This document shows, piece after piece, positions 37,335-50,200 of a stretch of 64,000 bases of DNA; position 1 is the stretch's first letter; each line of letters opens with the position of its first letter. The notes under the pieces were generated by a model. It saw only the letters and a program-made list of their open reading frames with translations, ran no database searches and was not told where the DNA came from. The stretch comes from Malacoraja senta (taxonomy: Eukaryota): assembly GCA_038087875.1 (NCBI GenBank), contig JAXLNO010003509.1:1-64000 (forward strand), given 5' to 3'. A program made the position numbers and the translations under genes.

Positions 37335-39136
37335 TTAAAACAAATGTAGGTCCCTTGCCATCAGAAACAGGTGAATTGATCATGGGGAACAAGGACATGG
37401 CAGACCAATTGAATAACTACTTTGGTTCTGTCTTCACTAAGGAAGACTTAATTAATCTGCCGGAAATAGCAGGGGACCGTGGGTCAAATGAGTTGGAGGA
37501 TCTGAGTGAAATCCAGGTTAGCCGGGAAGTGGTGTTCAGTAAATTGAATGGCTTAAAGGCCGATAAATCCCCAGGGCCAGATAGGCTGCATCCCAGAGTA
37601 CTTAAGGAAGTAGCCCCAGAAATAGTGGATCCATTAGTGATAATTTTTCAAAACTCTTTAGATTTTGGAGTAGTTCCTGAGGATTGGAGGGTAGCTAATG
37701 TAACCCCACTTTTTAAAAAGGGAGGGAGAGAGAAAACGGGGAATTACAGATCAGTTAGTCTAACATTGGTAGTGGGGAAACTGCTAGAGTCAGTTATTAA
37801 AAATGGGATAGTAGCACATTTGGAAAATGGTGAAATCATTGGACAAAGTCAGCATTGATTTATGAAAGGTAAATCATGTCTGACGAATCTTATAGAATTT
37901 TTCGAGGATGTAACTATTAGAGTGGATAAGGGAGAACCAGTGGATGTGTTATATCTGGACTTTCAGAAGGCTTTCGACAAGGTCCCACATATGTGATTAA
38001 TATGCATACTTAAAGCACACGGTATTGGGGGTTCAGTATTGATGTGGATAGAGAACTGGCTGGCAGACAGGAAGCAAAGAGTAGGAGTAAACGGTTCCTT
38101 TTCAGAATGGCAGGCAGTGACTAGTGGCGTACCGCAAGGCTCAGTGCTGGGACCCCAGCTATTTACAATAAATATTAATGATTTGGACGAGGGAATTGAA
38201 TGCAACATCTCCAAGTTTGCGGATGACACGAAGCTGGGGGGCAGTGTTAGCTGTGAGAAGGGTGCTAGGAGGCTGCAAGATGACTTGGATAGGCTGGGTG
38301 AGTGGGCAAATGCATGGCAGATGCAGTATAATGTGGATAAATGTGAGGTTATCCACTTTGGTGGCAAAAACAGGAAAGTAGACTATTACCTGAATGGTGG
38401 CCGATTAGTAAAAGGGGAGATGCAACGAGAGCTGTACACCAGTCATTGAAAGTAGGCATGCAGGTGCAGCAGGCAGTGATGAAAGCAAATGGTATGTTAG
38501 CATTCATTGCAAAAGGATTTGAGTATAGGAGCAGGGAGGTTCTATTGCAGTTGTACAGGGTCTTGGTGAGACCACACCTGGGGTATTGCATACAGTTTTG
38601 GTTTCCTAATGTGAGGAAGGACATTCTTGCCATAGAGGGAGTACAGAGAAGGTTCACCAGACTGATTCCTGGGATATCAGGACTTTCATATGAAGAAAGA
38701 CTGGATAGACTCGGTTTGTACTCGCTCGAATTTAGAAGATTGAGGGGGGATCTTATAGAAACTTACAAAATTCTTAAGGGGTTGGACAGGCTAGATGCAG
38801 GAAGATTGTTCCCGATGTTGGGGAAGTCCAGAACAAGGGGTCACAGTTTAAGTATAAGAGGGAGGTCTTTTAGGACCGAGATGAGAAAATCATTTTTCAC
38901 ACAGAGAGTTGTGAATCTGTGGAATTCTCTGCCAGAGAAGGTAGTTGAGGCCAGTTCATTGGCTATATTTAAGAGGGAGTTAGATGTGGCCCTTGTGGCT
39001 AAAGGGATCAGGGGGTATGGAGAGAAGGCAGGTACAGTATACTGAGTTTAATGATCAGCCATGATCATATTGAATGGTGGTGCAGGCTCGAAGGGCCGAA
39101 TGGCCTACTCCTGCACCTATTTTCTATGTTTCTATG
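37335..39136 (+). mobile_element. CR1 LINE, ~1.8-kb 3' part with stops
   Basis: KSPGPDRLHPRVLKE, NYRSVSLT, GVPQGSVLGP, KFADDTKLG, RRLRGDLIETYKI; (tttctatg)n tail. Confidence 0.95.
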
Positions 39137-40338
39137 ACGGCACCCATGGTCAGGATTGAACCTGGCGGTCTCTTGAGCTGTAAGGCAGTAACTCTACCGC
39201 TGTTCCACCGTGTCACCCTTTTGTGGGGGATCATGACAGAAGCCTCCTCGTGGCGATCCACGGAACCGACTACACGATGCACTCTGAGACGCGTCGGGCG
39301 ACCAATTCTGTCAACATGTTGGACGACGACAGAAGCCAACAGTGAGCTACACCTCGTCTGACACACGAGCGAATGAACCCTTGTTAGACTAATCAACAAG
39401 TTTACGACTTATAAATATGATGTGATGCAACTAATTGAGAGTGCAGCATAGAGAGTGCAGCACAGAAACAAGCCCTTTTACCTATTGTCCATACTAACTA
39501 TTTTGGGACCTGATCTCTTTTTATTTTCCTGATATTTCCAATACCTACCCCTAGATTTTACTCTTTAACGACACACGGAGCAATAAATGGTGGCCTGTGA
39601 ACCAAATAACTGCCGTGACTTCCCTTTGTGGGTGGAATATCTGAATATCATATTTCCAAATGTTGATCAGTAAGGGCGACATGGTGGGGCAGCGATAGAG
39701 TTGCTGCCTTAAAGTGTCAGAGCCCCGGGTCCGATCCTGACTATGGCTGCTGTCTGTACGGAGTTTGTACGTTCTCCCCATGACCAGTGGGTTTTCGCCA
39801 AGATCTTCGGTTTCCTCCCACACTCCAAAGACGTACAGGTTTGTAGGTTAATAGGCTTGATATAAATGTAAATTGTCCTTCGTGTGTAGGATAGTGTTAA
39901 TGTGCGGGGATCTGTGCGGACTCGTGCTGAAGGGCCTGTTTCCACACTGTATCTCTAAACTAAACTAAAATAATCTAAGTAAGCTTGACATTTAGAATCA
40001 TGTACAGCATAGAAACAGGCCCTTCAGCCCAGCTTATCTATGCCAGCCAAGATGCCCCATCTACCCTTGACCCATCTATCTATATTTTAGCTTAGTTTAA
40101 TTTATTATTAATGTCACGTGTACTGTTTTGCAGTGAAAATGTTTCTTGTGTGCTATCCAGTCAGTGAAAAGACTACATTACAATGAAGCCGTTCACAATC
40201 TATAGATACAGGGTAAATGATATCATGTTTAGTGCAATGTAAATCTAATTGGTGTTTTGCCGATTTCCCTCCAAACCTTTCCTATCCATAGAAATTTCTA
40301 TTACTTGACAATAATTGTATTATTTTATTTGTGTCTAG

Positions 40339-40599
40339 GGCCTCACACACTGATCTACTACTACACCCTGAACCACGGGAGTACTCATCTACCAGAATAT
40401 AGTGTCGTGGGTGAACTGGATGGTTGTGAGATACAGTATTATGACAAAAACATGGTCATTACAGTTCCAAGACAGAAATGGATGGCGGCTGCATTTGACA
40501 GGAATTACTGGGTAACAAATACGGTCTCTGAAACTGGTTTCCATGGAATCATCAAAGGGCAAGTCGATGAATGGATGCGGAGGCAGAACGAAACAGCAA
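40339..40599 (+). CDS. MHC class I-like heavy chain, alpha1-domain exon (copy B)
   Basis: gtctag|GG..GCA A|gttagt, 261 nt, open; differs from copy A at 5 nt (V14G, N15S, V26E and 2 synonymous). Confidence 0.9.
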
Positions 40600-42759
40600 G
40601 TTAGTTCATTCATTTCAATACATTTGGAGTGTGATCAATGTTCATAAAAAAACACCTCAAAGAAATTTCTCGCTGTGCCAGAGACCCAGGTTTGATCCTG
40701 ACTACACGTTCTCCCTGTGAACACAGATATTTCCTCCAGGTTCTCCGGTTCCGTCCCATATCTTGAAAATGTGAGAGTTTGTAGGTTAATTGGGCTCTGT
40801 AAATTACTCTTGTGTGCTGAGAATGGGTGAGGAAAGAGGGATTACATAGATGTGTAGGAAGGAACTGAAGATGCTGGTTTACAGCAAAGATAGGCACAAT
40901 GTGCTGGAGTAACTCAGCGGGACAGGCAGCATCTCTGGATACAAGGAATGGATGACTTTTCAGGTCAAGACCCTTCCTCAGACAGAGTGTTTCCCCTGAC
41001 TTACTCCAGCATTTTGTGTCCATTTTGGGATAACATAGAACTAGTGTGAAAGATGATCGATGGTTGGCATGGAATTGGTGGGCAGAATGGCCCATTTCCA
41101 AGCTGAGTCACTAACCTAAGAACTGCAGATGCTGCAAATGTGAAATAAAAACCAAAAATGCCATTGTCTGATGGCTTCATTGTCAGTTTATCACCATGGA
41201 AACCTGTAATTACCTTATCAGTGATACTCCCTATGTCCAACCATGCCTCCCACTCCTGTCTGTAACTTACACATTCTCACAATTCTGAAGCATTAATTTT
41301 GTATCTCTTTCCATAGGTTCCATAGGTAACCAATATTTCAATGATTTGTAAAATGCTGTGCTTCCAGCATTTTACAAATCATTAAAATGTTGGTGGCTTT
41401 TTGAATGGTTAAAATCCCTTGCGTACCTCACCAATTGTTTTTACTTTTATTGACAAATTTAGAATGAAAAGTTGTGTGAAATATTTAAAGGATAACCTAA
41501 ATGTCATTGTGGTTCAGCCGTAGTGATGGTGCCGTAGTGCTATTGACCCAGGGTTGATCCTGGCCTCAGGTGCTGTCTGTACAGAGTTTGTACGTACTCC
41601 CCGTGACCTGCGTGGGATTTCCCCGGGTTCCCCGGTTTCCTCCCACACTCCAAGCCTGTATGCCAAAGGGGATCACTGGTCACTGTGGACTCTAAGGGCT
41701 GTTTTCGTGCTATATCTCTAAATTATCTTGGGCACCAATTGTAAAGTAAGCTGTCCAAATCCATCTGCACCACACTTGTATATCCATATAAGTTGCAATT
41801 GGACATGTTTTATATTGTAAATCAATAAGTCCTATCACCATTACTGTGTTAATTCAATGACATTCGTAGTGTACCATTGAACAAAGCAGGACCAGGCGTG
41901 GGGGAACCATGGTGAGGTGGGGGACAAAGGAGGACCTGGTGTGGGAGACTTTATAACTTTGTCGGTGCCCTTTATGTGAAGAATCTTGACATACGTTGGG
42001 TTTACAAAACAAAGACTTTCACTGTGACTTGTCACATGTCACAATAAAGTATCATTCATTCATGATTAATTATTGCTGAAAACATTGCTTTTTGTTACCT
42101 CTTCGGTTACACATTAAACACATTATATTATTAATATTTAACTGGACTAAAACAGGGTGAGGGTACAAACAGGGAACAATACATCAAAATATTATGCACT
42201 GGGCATAATTTCTATCAATTTTCCACATCTTGCAATATTTATTATTATTTTCAAATTATATGTGAATACATGTGAATGACGTTTATTACATTATCATCTG
42301 ATTCATTGAACCATGTTTATTGAATCATATTGCCTTCAAAAATATTTTTTTAATTTGCATTATTTATGGTGCACATATTATCTGCAACATTGTTATGTTT
42401 ATGAGATTTATGAGCATATTGTCGGGGCTCAAGGGTGGGAACAAGAGGGAGAGATTGGGCAAGCCAGGGCTTTATTCCATGGAGCACAGGAGGCTGAGGG
42501 GTGATCATATAGGGGTGCTTAAAATCATGAGGGGAATTGATAGATGTATGCCCAGAGCCTTTTACCCAGAGAAGGGGAATCAAATAACCAGAGGACATGG
42601 GTTGAATGTGAGAGGGGGAAGATTTAATTGGAACTTGGGGGCGATCTTTGTGCTCAGAGAGTGGTCAGCATATGGAATGACCTGCCAGAGAATGGAGTTG
42701 CGGCAGGTACAATAACAATATTTAAAAGACACATGGACAGGGACATGCATAGGTAGATA

Positions 42760-43230
42760 AAAGTGCTGGAGAAACTCAGCAGTTGAGGCAGCATCTATGG
42801 AGCGAAGGAAATAGGCAACGTTTCGGGCCGAAAACCCTTCTTCAGACTGATGTGAGGGTGGGTGGGAGGGGGGGAGTGGGGCGCAGGAAGAAGAAAGGAA
42901 AAGGTGGAGCCAGTGGGCTGAGGGAGAGCTGAGTAGGGGAGGAGAAAGTAAGGACTACCTGAAATTAAAGAAGTCAATGTTCATACCGTTGGGGTGTAAA
43001 CTGCCCAAGCGAAATATGAGGTGCTGCTCCTCCAATTTACGGTGGTCCTCACTCTGGCCATGGAGGAGGCCGAGGGCAGAAAGGTCGGATTTGGAATGGG
43101 AGGGGAGAGTTGAAGTGCTGATCCACCGGGAGATCAGGTTGGTTGTTGCGAACTGAGCGGAGGTGTTGGGCGAGGCGATCGCCAAGCCTGCGCTTGGTCT
43201 CACCGATGTAGAGCAGCTGACATCTAGAGA
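42760..43230 (-). mobile_element. Penelope-like element 3' end with hammerhead motif (42813-42848); duplicate of 35950-36415
   Basis: KLEEQHLIFRLGSLHPNGMNIDFFNFR*; ctgaagaagggttttcggcccgaaacgtt on the minus strand. Confidence 0.88.
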
Positions 43231-44149
43231 GAAACGTTTTGAATGATGTCTACCCATTGCAGGGTAAATGGGACTAGCTTAAATGGGGTATCTTGATTAG
43301 CATGGACAAGTTGGGCCAAAGGGCTTGTTTCCCTGCTGTGTGACTCTCTCTATGACTGCTTTATAGCAAAGAGCGCTGCTGTCTCACAGCTCCAGTGATC
43401 GGGTTCAATCATCTCCAGTGCAGTCTGTGTGGAGTATAAGCATTCTCCCTGTGACAATGTTTGTTCTCCAGTTTCCTCCCACATACCAAAATGTGCTGAA
43501 TTAGTAGATTAAGCCACCGCTGCAAATAGGTGGATTTGTGGCATTGATAGAAATGAGAAAGATCCGTTTTGGGGAAAATTAGTGTTGGAATAATTTTGTT
43601 CTCTGGGCTAGAGTGGGCTCAGGAGGCTGAAAGGCCTCTTTCTCTGTCACATGGATTTATGGGCCGTTATTTATCCTTGAATTGCCTTCTTTCTCAATTT
43701 AGTCAACAATGTAAAATTGAAGTAATTGTCTGGATTGAACTATTTAACAATTGTAGATGAAAGGAAGAGCAGAGGCTGCTTTCCTCCACACACAAAGTGC
43801 TAAGGAACTCAACGGGTCAAGCGGCATCTTTGGAGAACATGGGAAGGCAGATATTTCGGGTGAGGATCCTACTTCAGACTGAAGTTGGGACACGTTAGAA
43901 CATGCTTTGTACTCACACTTGCAGTCCAGTGTTAGTTTTCAAGGATTTTTTGTTATTCACAGCTTGTAGTTGTTACATATTCAGCAGACAGAAGATGAGC
44001 AAACTAAAGCACCTGCAAAGCACAACTAAAAGACCGCAGAAAGAAGCTTGAAAAGAAGGCTCTTATCTAAACAAAGTACTTTCAAGAGAGAGTTAGATTT
44101 AGCTCTTAAGACGAAAGGAATCAAGGGATATGGGGGAAAAGGTTAGTTA

Positions 44150-46036
44150 AAACAAATGTAGGTCCCTTGCAGTCAGAAACAGGTGAATTGATCATGTGGA
44201 ACAAGGACATGGCAGACCAATTGAATAACTACATTGGTTCTGTCTTCACTAAGGAAGACTTAATTAACTGCCGGAAAGAGCAGGGGACCGGGGGTCAAAT
44301 GAGATGGAGGAATTGAGTGAAATCCAGGTTAGCCGGGAAGTGGTGTTAGGTAAATTGAATGGATTAAAGGCCGATAAATCCCCAGGGCCAGATAGAGTGC
44401 ATCCCAGAGTACTTAAGGAAGTAGCCCCAGAAATAGTGGATGCATTAGTGATAATTTTTCAAAACTCTTTAGATTCTGGAGTAGTTCCTGAGGATTGGAG
44501 GGTAGCTAATGTAACCACACTTTTTGAAAAGGGAGGGAGAGAGAAGTGGGGAACCTGCTAGAGTCAGTTATTAAAGATGGGATAGCAGCACATTAGGAAA
44601 ATGGTGAAATCATTGGACAAAGTCAGCATAGATTTATGAAAGGTAAATCATGTCTGACGAATCTTATAGAATTTTTCGAGGATGTAACTAGTAGAGTGGA
44701 TAAGGCAGAACCAGTGGATGTGTTATATCTGGACTTTCAGAAGGCTTTCGACAAGATCCAACATAAGTGATTAGTATACAAACTTAAAGCACCTGGTATT
44801 GGGGGTTCAGTATTGATGTGGATAGAGAACTTGCTGGCAGACAGGAAGCAAAGAGTAGGAGTAAACGGGTCCTTTTTAGAATGGCAGGCAGTGACTAGTG
44901 GGGTACCTCAAGGCTCAGTGCTGGGACCCCAGCTATTTACAATATATATTAATGATTTGGACGAGGGAATTGAATGCAACATCTCCAAGTTTGTGGATGA
45001 CACGAAGCTGGGGGGCAGTGTTAGCTGTGAGGAGGGTGCTAGGAGGCTGCAAGGTGACTTGGATAGGCTAGGTGAATGGGCAAATGCATGGCAGGTGCAG
45101 TATAATGTGGATAAATGTGTGGTTATCCACTTTGGTGGCAAAAACAGGAAAGTAGACTATTACCTGAATGGTGGCTGATTAGGAAAAGGGGAGATGCAAC
45201 GAGACCTGGGTGTCATGGTACACCAGTCATTGAAAGTAGGCATGCAGGTGCAGCAGGCAGTGAAGAAAGCGAATGGTATGTTAACATTCATAGCAAAAGG
45301 ATTTGAGTATAGGAGCAGGGAGGTTCTTCTGCAGTTGTTCAGGGTCTTGGTGAGACCACACCTGGAGTATTGCCTACAGTTTTGGTCTCCTAATCTGAGG
45401 AAGGACATTGTTGCCATAGAGGGAGTACAGAGAAGGTTCACCAGACTGATTCCTGGGATGTCAGGACTTTCATATGAAGAAAGACTGGATACACTCTGCT
45501 TGTATTCGCTAGAATTTAGAAGATTGAGGGGGGATCTTATAGAAACTTACAAAATTCTTAAGGGGTTGGACAGGCTAGATGCAGGAAGATTGTTCCCGAT
45601 GTTGGGGAAGTCGAGAACAAGGGGTCACAGTTTAAGGATAAAGGGGAAATCTTTTAGGACTGAGATGAGAAAAACATTTTTTACACAGAGAGTGCTGAAT
45701 CTCTGGAATTCTCTGCCACAGAATGTAGTTGAGGCCAGTTCATTGGCTATATTTAAGAGGGAGTTAGATGTGGCCCTTGTGGCTAAAGGGATCAGGGGGT
45801 ATGGAGAGAAGGCAGGTACAGGATACTGAGTTGGATGATCAGCCATGATCATATTGAATGGCGGTGCAGGCTCGAAGGGCCGAATGGCTTGCTCCTGCAC
45901 CTATTTTCTGTGTTTCTATGTTTCTAAAAGCAGGAATGGGGTACTGATTCTAGATGCAGGCATGATCATATTGAATGGCGGTGCTGGCTCGAATGGCCGA
46001 ATGGCCTGCTCCTGTGCCTATTTTTCTATGTTTCTA
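44150..46036 (+). mobile_element. CR1 LINE (duplicate of 37335-39136) with a doubled 3' tail
   Basis: ORFs 44304-44561, 44813-45178 and 45194-45829. Confidence 0.93.
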
Positions 46037-46522
46037 TAATTAGTATACATTCGGCTATTGGTGGTGTTTCTTGAAAACACGAAGACGAGAGAATGTAAAG
46101 GATCTGCAGAACAACTAAAAGACTGCAGAAAGCAGCTTGAAAAGGAGGCTCTTCATCTATACAACATAATTATGTTTTATTCAGCTATCATTGTTTGTAG
46201 AGTTTCTTATTGGTATGAAAACATCATCCAAGTTTTGACCCTTCCTTATTACTCCTGGTCCCAGGGGCATGGTTGGCATTAGCTCATTACATTCATCCTA
46301 ATAAAGGGTTGGTGTTCACAGTTGTGCCTAGATTTTTATCAATTACAACCTTGAGTTCACAAACTGTTCTTTGTCTCTGGGCTAAAGTTCACAGACTCTC
46401 CTTTTCAAGGAGTGAGCAGTTTTAAGCAAACTGACTTCAGCAAATCCTTACAAATTCCATCACCCCCCCCCCCCCACTTTGATTCATCAATCAATGCCAG
46501 AGGGAATGAATCATCTAAGTAA

Positions 46523-47204
46523 AGGGGCCTGTCCCACTTACGTGTCCTTGGAATGCAAATTACGCGTTGAGCCACGATGGTCCGGCGAAGGTCGGGTGCG
46601 ATTACATGCGTACGCACAGCCGTCTGGAGCGCGTGACGTTATTTGAAGATGGACACAAAGCTGGAGTAAGCCAGTGGGACCGGCAGCATCTCTGGAGAGA
46701 AGCAATGGGTGACGTTTCATGTCGAGACTCTTCTTCAGTCTGAAAAGAAGGGTCTTGACCCGAAACATCACCCATTGCTTCTCTCCAGAGATGCTGCCGG
46801 TCCCGCTGAGTTACTCCTGCATTTCGTGTCTATCTTCAATTTTTTTGGCCCCGCTCTGGGAGTAGAAGTGGGGGCGGATCCGGACTGCAACGGCTGTGAG
46901 CCCCAGGCCGAGTTCGGCGATCGTTCGCCTGCTTCTGCTCCTGTTGAAAGTGAGACTTTGCGTCGCGCCAGGGTCTTGGGCCTGTCCCACTTTGGCCGTC
47001 AGTTCCGCGACAGGCCGTTGGCGCGCGAAGATTTCGTTCACTACAAAATTATTGGAGCCCCGCGCGATGTCGCGCACAACTCCATACCCCTCCGCGCTTC
47101 CAAGTGGGACCGGCCCCGCGCGGCCATACGATGCCCGTGCGCTTCAACGCGACCACAAGGTCGCATAATTTGTGTGCCAAGGACACGTAAGTGGGACAGG
47201 CCCT
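46523..47204. mobile_element. PIF/Harbinger-type MITE (682 bp) with an internal palindromic hammerhead-like cassette
   Basis: TIR ag(g)ggcctgtcccacttacgtgtccttgg / ccaaggacacgtaagtgggacaggccct; TAA at 46520-46522 and 47205-47207; head-to-head Penelope repeats ~46645-46830. Confidence 0.82.
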
Positions 47205-48199
47205 TAAAAATATCAAGGAAAGGTAGCGCAGCTACACATCACTGGATATCTTTAACCTGTTCAATGCCACCGCCGAGTACACTAGGGGTCATGGCCAATA
47301 GTGAAAAATAAACTTGGCAGTGAACAGCTTAATGGTCTCCATATTTTAGAGAAAGCCTTCAATGCCCATGAGGGGTGAGCCTTATTATATCTATGTTTCT
47401 CTAAATATAGGAAGCACTTTTGTGGTAAAAGATGGGGCAGCTCGGGCCTCGAAAAGATCCAACCTTATGTGCAGCTTTATATTTGTTTATATGCAATAAG
47501 CAAAAAGAACACAATAGAAGATAAAACATGATAATAACTATAAGCAAAGCCAAGAGATCGTGGCCTTACACGAGTTGCTGCCTTGCAGCACCAGAGACCC
47601 TGGTTTGAACCTGACTACGAGTGGTGACTGTACGGAGTTTGCATGTTCTCCCCGTAACCTGTGTGGCTTTTCTCTGAGATGTAGGTAAATTGGCTTGGTA
47701 TAAATGTAAATTGTCCCTAGTGTGGGCTGAAGGGCCTGTTTCAGCACTGTATCTCCAAAGCAGTGGTTCTTAACCTGGGGGTCGTGACCCCCATGGGGGT
47801 CGTTTGGGGTTTTTCCGGGGGTCATGAAGGGGTTGTAAAGAACATCAATTTGTTGAGCCTATTTTTAGGAACCTAACAAAGGTACAGACCACACACAGTA
47901 TTTTGTTCACGAATGCGCTTACGTATACACAGGGCCTATGAGAGGGGGGTGCAGGGGGTACATCGTATGCGGGCCCAGAGTCCAAATCGGAGCCCGGGAG
48001 CTGAAGGAGGGGGGATGGGAATTTCCTGAAATCTCAGAAAATGTCTGCATATATTTTGTGAAGACTAGCATTTACATTTTGTGCCTTCGGAGTTTTATAT
48101 ATTGTAATTCGTAGAAATTGTGATCCATAATAAAGCAGGGAATTTTAACTGGCGGGTGTGTGGTCGGGGTAACCTGATTAAAAGAGGGGGAAGGGGAAG

Positions 48200-48995
48200 A
48201 CCTATCACTACTGATGGATCTTCCCTGTAGGAGGAGGGAGAGCACTAGGACCCAGCTGAGTCATCACTACTGATGGATCTCCCTGCAGGAGGAGGGAGAG
48301 CACTAGGACCCAACAGAGTCATCACTACTGATGGATCTCCCTGCAGGAGGAGGGCACTAGGACCCAACTGACTGATGGATCTGCCCTATAGTGGGGGGGA
48401 GCACTAGGACCCAGCAGAGTCATCACTACTGATGGATCTTCCCTGCAGGAGGAGGGAGAGCACTAGGACCCAGCTGACCGATGGATCTGCCCTATAGGGG
48501 GGGAGCACTAGGACCCAGCAGAGTCATCACTACTGATTGATCTTCCCTGCAGGGGGAGGGGGACTAGGACCCAGCTGACCGATGGATCTGCCCTATAAGG
48601 GGGGGGGAGCACTAGGACCCAGCAGAGTCATCACTACTGATTGATCTTCCCTGCAGGAGGAGAGCACTAGGACCCAGCTGACCGATGGATCTGCCCTATA
48701 GGGGGGGGGAGCACTAGGACCCAGCAGAGTCATCACTACTGATTGATCTTCCCTGTAGGGGGAGGGGGACTAGGACCCAGCTGACCGATGGATCTGCCCT
48801 ATAGGGGGGGGAGCACTAGGACCCAGCAGAGTCATCACTACTGATTGATCTTCCCTGCAGGAGGAGGGAGAGCACTAGGACCCAGCTGACCGATGGATCT
48901 GCCCTATAGTGGGGGGGGGGAGCACTAGGACCCAGCAGAGTCATCACTACTGATTGATCTTCCCTGTAGGGGGAGGGGGACTAGGAGCCAGCAGA
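48200..48995. repeat. Higher-order minisatellite (alternating ~55-bp and ~45-bp units; g(c)actaggaccca about 15 times)
   Basis: atcactactgat(g/t)gatcttccctg..gagcactaggacccag alternating with ctgaccgatggatctgccctataggggg..gcactaggacccagcagagtc. Confidence 0.92.
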
Positions 48996-49332
48996 GTTAG
49001 ACCACGTGCTGCCTGCATGGTGGAGGTTGTGGGCCTGGTGCTGAACCGGGAAGGTGACGACTCTGGCCCGCTGGTGGCCGGTGGAGAGGCAAGTGTCGGC
49101 GGAGTCGCTGGCGGAGGCCCGTGGGGAGCTGGAGTAGAGATATGGGCTTTCCAGCGACAGTGGCTGTGGTGTCCCCGCCCGGGGAGGTGGTGAGAGTCGG
49201 CAGCCACGGCTGTTTCAGTGGTCCGGGCCTGCGTTTGGGTGGGGGTGGGGGTGTTTGTCTGGGAGAGTGGGCGTGGGTAAGGGGGTGGATTTGTGTGGGT
49301 GGGGGTGTAGGTCAGTGGGTGTGGGTCAGTGT

Positions 49333-49567
49333 NNNNNNNNNNNNNNNNNNNNNNNNNNNNNNNNNNNNNNNNNNNNNNNNNNNNNNNNNNNNNNNNNNNN
49401 NNNNNNNNNNNNNNNNNNNNNNNNNNNNNNNNNNNNNNNNNNNNNNNNNNNNNNNNNNNNNNNNNNNNNNNNNNNNNNNNNNNNNNNNNNNNNNNNNNNN
49501 NNNNNNNNNNNNNNNNNNNNNNNNNNNNNNNNNNNNNNNNNNNNNNNNNNNNNNNNNNNNNNNNNNN
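49333..49567. other. Assembly gap (235 N), flanked by GT-rich simple sequence
   Basis: Run of N. Confidence 1.
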
Positions 49568-49669
49568 TGTGTGTCTGAGTGTATGTGTGTGTTAGTGGGA
49601 GGGTGAATTTTATAAATGAAGTTAAAACCATTAGATCTGTTGAACTTGTTAACAGACTATTGACTTGGT

Positions 49670-49830
49670 AACCTGTTTCCAAATGTTTGTGTTAGCTTCA
49701 GAATACTATTAACAATTCCAGCAACAGTAGCTTCTGCAGAGGTCATTTAGCAAACTCAAGCTGATTACGAATTATTTAAGGTCGACAATGTCTCATGAAT
49801 GTCTTGTGGATTTGGCCAGGCTAAGTATTC
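49670..49830 (+). pseudogene. hAT C-terminal dimerisation-domain remnant (ZMYM1-like)
   Basis: NLFPNVCVSFRILLTIPATVASA(frameshift)SFSKLKLITNYLRSTMSHECLVDLARLSIQ. Confidence 0.82.
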
Positions 49831-49834
49831 AAAG

Positions 49835-50200
49835 TTAAAGTCAGTTTTAGTCATCACATACACCCGAAGGTGCAGTGAAGTGAATTTGCCAGCAGTGATA
49901 CATGTAAAAAGAACACACAATACACAATAAAATTGAACACAAACATCCACTACAGCATTCTTCACTGTGGTGGAAGGCAACAAGTTTCAGCAAGTCCTCC
50001 TCCTTTGTTCACCCGTGTTCGGGGCCATAACCCCTCCGTAGTCGCCGCTAGGGACGGCCCGATGTACAAGGCCCTCTCGTCGGGATGATCCAAACTCCGA
50101 CGTTGGGACGGACAAACACACTCTGTGGCTTGGAGGTCCCGACTCGGCACTTTCCTACTGGAGACCGCAGCTTCAGGATGTTATAGGCCGCAGGCCAGCG
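49835..50200 (-). mobile_element. GC-rich non-autonomous repeat (family copy 3), inside the nested hAT
   Basis: aaacatccactacagcattcttcactgtggtggaaggcaac..cttcaggatgttataggccgc, matching other copies. Confidence 0.55.

Larger units (their letters stand above)
32328..39136. repeat. Tandem segmental duplication, copy A (~6.8 kb) containing the MHC alpha1 exon
   Basis: Colinear with 39144-45925 at an offset of ~6813-6816 (ccatggtcaggattgaacctggcgg at 32328 and 39144), with scattered substitutions and small indels. Confidence 0.95.
39144..45925. repeat. Tandem segmental duplication, copy B
   Basis: See copy A; ends in the CR1 tail, followed by a partial re-duplication of that tail (~45926-46036). 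Confidence 0.95.

Noticed and set aside
46058-46282. VFLENT.. resembling the alpha2 C-terminal YLENTC motif
   Set aside because: No Cys or Trp at the expected positions, no N-terminal alpha2 motifs or exon structure; a related non-coding block occurs at ~37170-37260.
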